Shown in pieces: positions 59,609 through 64,000 of a DNA stretch of 64,000 nt. A program made the translations under genes and the position numbers. Below the pieces are notes generated by a model. The model ran no database searches. It was not told where the DNA came from and worked only from the letters and a program-made list of their open reading frames with translations. Source of the stretch: an uncultured Gemmatimonadales bacterium (GTDB lineage: Bacteria; Gemmatimonadota; Gemmatimonadetes; Longimicrobiales; Longimicrobiaceae); contig OY970303.1 in NCBI GenBank assembly GCA_963716255.1, positions 3,584,001-3,648,000 of the forward strand, in the 5' to 3' direction. Every line of letters begins with the position of its first letter. Position 1 is the stretch's first letter.

Positions 59609-62197
59609 ATGCGCAGAACGTTGCTCCGGGCCACCGGCCCGCTGGCGCTCGTGTTGGCCCTGTTCGCATGTTCGGAAGCCCCGCTCGGACCCACCCTGGA
59701 CTCCGAAGGCGCGCGCTACGCGACCACGGCCGCGCTTCCGCAGGTGGTGATCAGCCAGGTGTACGGCGGCGGCGGCAACGCCGGTGCGACGCTCAGGAAC
59801 GACTTCATCGAGCTCCACAATCCGAGCACGGAGCCGGTGAGCGTCGCCGGGTGGAGCGTCCAGTACGCTTCCGCCACGGGCAGCTCGTGGCAGGTCACCC
59901 CCCTGACCGGCACCATCCAGCCGGGGGGGTACTACTTGGTGCAGGAGTCGGCGGGAACGGGTGGGACGGCGAACCTGCCCACGCCGGACGCGACCGGCAC
60001 CATCCCCATGAGCGGCACCGCCGGCAAGGTGGTGATCTCGCGGACGGCCACCGCGCTCACCGGAACCTGCCCCACGGGCGTGGTCGACCAGGTCAGCTTC
60101 GGCACCACCGCCACCAACTGCGGCGCCGGCACCACCGCCACCCTGAGCAACACCACCGCCGCGATCCGCAACGCGCAGGGCTGCGCGTACACCGGGACGC
60201 TGTCGGCGGACTTCAGCACCGGCGCCCCGGCCCCGCGCAACAGCGCCAGCGCCGCGGTCACCTGTGACGTCACGACGCCGCCGCCGACCCCGCCGGGCGC
60301 GGCCGCCAAGATCGTCATCAACGAACTGATGACCGACCCCATCCAGGCCGAGTCGCCGAGCTGGGGCGAGTGGTTCGAGGTGTACAACGCCGACACCGTC
60401 GCGGTGAACCTGCAGGGCTGGACGCTGGTCTCCGCCGGGCAGGCCCCGCACACGGTGGCGAGCGCGGTGGTGATCCCGGCCGGCGGCTACGCGGTGCTGG
60501 GGCGCGGCGCGGACATCACCCGCAACGGCGGCGTCACGCTGGACTACAACTACTTCAGCGGCACCGCCACCACCATCTGGCTGGACGACAACGACTGGCT
60601 CGTGCTGCGCAACCCGGCCGGCGTCACCGCCGACTCGGTGGCGTGGAGCGGCTCGTCGTACGGCGCCACCCGCGCGCTCCGCGACGCCAGCCAGGACAAC
60701 GCCGACGGCAGCGGCGCCAACTGGGGCTACTCCACCACGCCCTTCGGCGACGGCGACCTGGGCACCCCCAAGGCGGCCAACGGCACGTTGAGCTCCACCC
60801 CGCCGACCCCGCCGGTGGGCGTGGCCAGGATCACCTTCACCGGGCGTGACGCCACCGACCCGGCGCTCCCCGTGGGCTTCGCGGACCAGCTCTTCGCCAC
60901 CGGGCGCGACCTGGCCGGGAGCGTGGTCGTCACCACCTTCACCTGGGGCACCACCACCCCCGACCTGGCCAGCGTGGACCAGAACGGCGTGGTGACGGCC
61001 AAGGGCGCGGGGACGGCGGTGATCACCGCCACCAGCGCGGACGGCCGCGTGGGCAGCTACTCCGTGGCGACCCGCGTGGGCGTGGCGAGCACCACCGCCG
61101 TGTACGCCGGGAACACCGAGTTCGGCGAGCCCGCCGACGGCGACGCGAGCGACGACTTCATCGTCCGCCGCGACCAGTTCACCAGCTCGTACAACGTCAA
61201 CCGCGGCACCCCCAACTGGGTCAGCTACGCCATCGACCCCTCGAACTTCGGGGGCGAGGACCGCTGCGACTGCTTCACCCCGGACCCGGCGCTCCCGGGC
61301 AGCTTCGCCGAGGTGTCCACCGCCGACTACACCGGCGCCGGGACGTTCCACGGCTACGGCATCGACCGCGGCCACCTGGCGCGCTCCTTCGACCGCACCT
61401 CGGGGAGCCTGGACAACGCCACCACGTTCTACTTCACCAACATCATCCCCCAGGCGGCCGACAACAACCAGGGCCCCTGGTCGGTTCTGGAGGACTCGCT
61501 GGGCAAGCTGGCCCGCAACCACGGCAAGAACGTATTCGTGATCGCCGGCGTAGCGGGGAACCTGGGAACGCTCAAGAACGAGGGGAAGGTGGTGATCCCC
61601 GCCCGCACCTGGAAGGTGGCCGTGATCATGCCCGAGGGTCAGGGGCTGGCGGACATCGACGACGTGGGCGACCTGGAGATCATCGCGGTGGACCTGCCCA
61701 ACCAGGCCGGGATCCGCAACGTTCCCTGGACCGAGTACCGGACCACGGTGAACGCCATCGAGGCGATCTCCGGCTACGACCTGCTCGCGATGCTCCCCAA
61801 CGGCGTCGAGGCGGTCGTGGAGGGCAATGAAAGCACGCCGCTGGCCGCAATGGACGTGCAGCCCTCCACCATCAGCCTGGGCAGCACCACGGTGATGAAC
61901 GTGGTGCTCTTCTCCCGGCCGGGCTTCGACGCTACCGCCGTCAACGTGTCCAACGTTCGCCTGGCGGTGGGCGGCGCCGGGTCGGGCGTCCCGGTTTCCA
62001 TGCGCGGGACGGCGTACCAGACCACCACCCGCGACTTCAACGGCGACGGGCGCACGGACCGGCAGCTCACCTTCACCCTGTCGAGCCTGAAGGCGGCCGG
62101 TTTCAGCACGAGCACGACGCAGCTCGTGCTGAAGGATGCGCTCAGCGCGTTCAAGTGGGAGGCCTACGACGTTTCCCTCCCGGACTTCGTGCCGTAG
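59609..62197 (+). CDS. Secreted DNA/RNA non-specific endonuclease lipoprotein (two lamin-tail domains, Ig-like domain, NucA-type domain)
   Basis: Lipobox LFAC; VVISQVYGGGG and IVINELM..P LTDs; PNWVSY, DRGHL, TNIIPQ, NQGPW. Confidence 0.92.
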   Translation: MRRTLLRATGPLALVLALFACSEAPLGPTLDSEGARYATTAALPQVVISQVYGGGGNAGATLRNDFIELHNPSTEPVSVAGWSVQYASATGSSWQVTPLTGTIQPGGYYLVQESAGTGGTANLPTPDATGTIPMSGTAGKVVISRTATALTGTCPTGVVDQVSFGTTATNCGAGTTATLSNTTAAIRNAQGCAYTGTLSADFSTGAPAPRNSASAAVTCDVTTPPPTPPGAAAKIVINELMTDPIQAESPSWGEWFEVYNADTVAVNLQGWTLVSAGQAPHTVASAVVIPAGGYAVLGRGADITRNGGVTLDYNYFSGTATTIWLDDNDWLVLRNPAGVTADSVAWSGSSYGATRALRDASQDNADGSGANWGYSTTPFGDGDLGTPKAANGTLSSTPPTPPVGVARITFTGRDATDPALPVGFADQLFATGRDLAGSVVVTTFTWGTTTPDLASVDQNGVVTAKGAGTAVITATSADGRVGSYSVATRVGVASTTAVYAGNTEFGEPADGDASDDFIVRRDQFTSSYNVNRGTPNWVSYAIDPSNFGGEDRCDCFTPDPALPGSFAEVSTADYTGAGTFHGYGIDRGHLARSFDRTSGSLDNATTFYFTNIIPQAADNNQGPWSVLEDSLGKLARNHGKNVFVIAGVAGNLGTLKNEGKVVIPARTWKVAVIMPEGQGLADIDDVGDLEIIAVDLPNQAGIRNVPWTEYRTTVNAIEAISGYDLLAMLPNGVEAVVEGNESTPLAAMDVQPSTISLGSTTVMNVVLFSRPGFDATAVNVSNVRLAVGGAGSGVPVSMRGTAYQTTTRDFNGDGRTDRQLTFTLSSLKAAGFSTSTTQLVLKDALSAFKWEAYDVSLPDFVP

Positions 62198-62233
62198 CCG
62201 TCCCGCGCCATCGGGCGGCGGACAGGCAGTGGA

Positions 62234-62275
62234 CGGGGGCGCGTCGCTACGGGCGGCGCGCCCCCGCTTCTGTTT
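62234..62275 (+). terminator. Intrinsic terminator after the nuclease gene
   Basis: cgggggcgcgtcgc/gcggcgcgcccccg stem followed by cttctgttt. Confidence 0.6.
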
Positions 62276-62640
62276 GGTTGGTCTCGTAACAGCTTTGAAC
62301 TGCTGTTGCCGTTGTGACCTGTGCGGGAAGTCGGGGGAAGCTCCGCAGTCGATGGGTCTGTCCGATGCCGGCGCGATCCCGCCCTCATTCCTGCCTCCGT
62401 CCCGCGCCCGCGGTTCGCTTTTCCGCCGTGCCGCAGGGGTGCGGCTTCGTGTGTTTCTTGGAGATTTTGTAAGCGCATATATTTGTATGAGCTTACAAGA
62501 AATATAGGTGGTTGCTGGGTGCCCTGGGGGCGAAGCAAGGTTCCGCGGTTGACAACCTTTTGGGGTTTTGCTGAATCCAATCGGGTGAAGGAAGCGTAGT
62601 GCCTCGCAGGTCACGTTTCACCCGTCCCGAAAGGAAAATC

Positions 62641-62868
62641 ATGTCTCGTCTTGCGTCTTATGCCGCCGCCCTCGCCGTGGGCCTCGTGATCTCCGCCTGC
62701 GCCGACCGCCCCGCCGACCACGTCGCTCCGCTTCCGGCGCGCACCGCGGCCCAGGAGGCCCCGGCGGTCCTCTGCGGCGACGCCGCCCGCCCCTGCGAGC
62801 TGGACGCGATCGTCGTTTCCGCCGAGCGCGCCGCCGCCGCGGACGCCCCGGTCGCGGTCCGCTCCTGA
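62641..62868 (+). CDS. Small lipoprotein (75 aa)
   Basis: AAGGA RBS; MSRLASYAAALAVGLVISAC lipobox. Confidence 0.7.
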   Translation: MSRLASYAAALAVGLVISACADRPADHVAPLPARTAAQEAPAVLCGDAARPCELDAIVVSAERAAAADAPVAVRS

Positions 62869-62961
62869 ACCGACCTGGCACTCCGTCCACCGGCACGCCA
62901 GGGCGGACGAGTCGATCCTCACGGCGTGGCCGCCACCGGCGGCCCTGAAGGACATAGATGA

Positions 62962-63001
62962 GGAAGCGCCGTCCGGGACTCCGGGCGGCGCTTCCGTTTT
63001 T
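62962..63001 (+). terminator. Intrinsic terminator
   Basis: ggaagcgccgtccgg/ccgggcggcgcttcc stem followed by gttttt. Confidence 0.75.
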
Positions 63002-63139
63002 GCAGGCAGCCCGCTCCGCGAGGGCGCCCGGCGGTGGCGCCGGATATGCGGCGGCGCCCGGCTCCCCCGGCCGCGTGCCGGCCGGAGGGGAAAGCCCTGC
63101 GCGGCGCCGCCCGCAGACCTCGCCGAAAGGAGCCGAGCC

Positions 63140-63694
63140 ATGGACGATCACCCGGACACCGGAGCGCACGCGTACCCGCCGGTTCCCCCGGACGACCCCC
63201 GGCGGGTCCTCACGCTCGTTCCCCCGGCGGACGCCCCGGGCCTGCGGCACGTCGCGGTGGCGGGCGGGGTCTACACCATTCTCCTGGCGGGCGCGGATAC
63301 GGCCGGCCGCTTCTGCATGGTGGAGATGCGGGTTCCGCCCGGCGGCGGCCCGCCCCCGCACCGGCACGACTTCGAGGAAACGTTCCGCGTCCTGGAGGGC
63401 GAGATCGAGTTCACCTTCCGCGGGGAGTGGATGGTCGCCCGGGCCGGAACGACCGTCAACGTACCGGCCAACGCGCCGCACTCCTTCCGCAACGCTTCCG
63501 CCGCGCCCGCGCGGCTCCTGTGCCTGTGCTCGCCGTCCGGCCAGGAGGAGCTGTTCCTCGCCATCGGCGACCCCGTCGAGAGCCCGACGGTCCCGCCGCC
63601 GGTCCTCGCCGATGCCGAACGGGCGGAGCGGAGGGCCCGCGCAGAAGCCCTCGCCCCCCGCTACCGCACCGAGATGCTGCGGTCCCCGGCCTGA
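63140..63694 (+). CDS. Cupin-domain protein
   Basis: GPPPHRHDFEETFRVLEG, VPANAPHSF. Confidence 0.9.
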   Translation: MDDHPDTGAHAYPPVPPDDPRRVLTLVPPADAPGLRHVAVAGGVYTILLAGADTAGRFCMVEMRVPPGGGPPPHRHDFEETFRVLEGEIEFTFRGEWMVARAGTTVNVPANAPHSFRNASAAPARLLCLCSPSGQEELFLAIGDPVESPTVPPPVLADAERAERRARAEALAPRYRTEMLRSPA

Positions 63695-63778
63695 GTCGCC
63701 GTGCCGGGCCGGCCGGGCGGAACCCGACGCTCCCCCGGAGCTCGGACACGCTGCTTCCCCGGCTGCCCGCTCTGGCCC

Positions 63779-63913
63779 CCGCGTGAGGGATTACGGCCCG
63801 AAGGGGCGAGACCCGGCGGGGCTGTTTCCGCCGGGGCTCGACTCCGTTGGGCTGCGTTGTTTGCAGCCCTACGGAGCCGAAGCCCGACCCCGGCGCCAGC
63901 CGGGGGCACGCCC
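63779..63913 (-). repeat. Structured intergenic element, copy 5
   Basis: Reverse-complement match with GGGCTGC-AAACAAC-GCAGCCC stem-loop. Confidence 0.9.
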
Positions 63914-64000
63914 GAATCGCGCCGTCCAAAGCCGTCCGCCTACTGGTACCGCACCACCATCCACGCCACACCGGGAAGCGGCGAGCCACCCGCGCTGGAG

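Noticed and set aside
59486..62614. 1042-aa minus-strand ORF
   Set aside because: Antisense shadow of the nuclease gene.

Overview
High-GC bacterial DNA. Diderm hallmarks (TolC, PEP-CTERM, outer-membrane barrel) and gene style suggest a Gemmatimonadota/Longimicrobium-like organism; this is inference. Blocks from left to right: (1) 1-13.6 kb, a minus-strand RiPP cluster with a radical SAM/SPASM maturase, an uncharacterised 'ECRL/WLEFD' enzyme, three intact and one degenerate double-glycine precursors (two not recoverable as such from the ORF track), and a complete NHLP-type export system. (2) An L,D-transpeptidase and a collagen-like PEP-CTERM protein. (3) An actinobacterial-style FHA/PBP/RodA/PP2C/two-kinase cluster whose kinases carry TPRs instead of PASTA. 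(4) Mixed housekeeping and accessory genes, including a TPR protein facing two small secreted peptide genes with a GSG(N/K) end. (5) A compositionally distinct four-gene operon at 47.6-56.5 kb ending in a TPR-CHAT (caspase-like) protease and a likely gasdermin-like protein, preceded by two large uncharacterised membrane-anchored proteins; this is the best candidate for an undescribed cell-death/defence system. (6) Six dispersed copies of a ~135-nt multi-stem element with strong base-pair covariation. No rRNA, tRNA, CRISPR array or transposase was seen. All family calls come from motif recognition by eye, not database searches.
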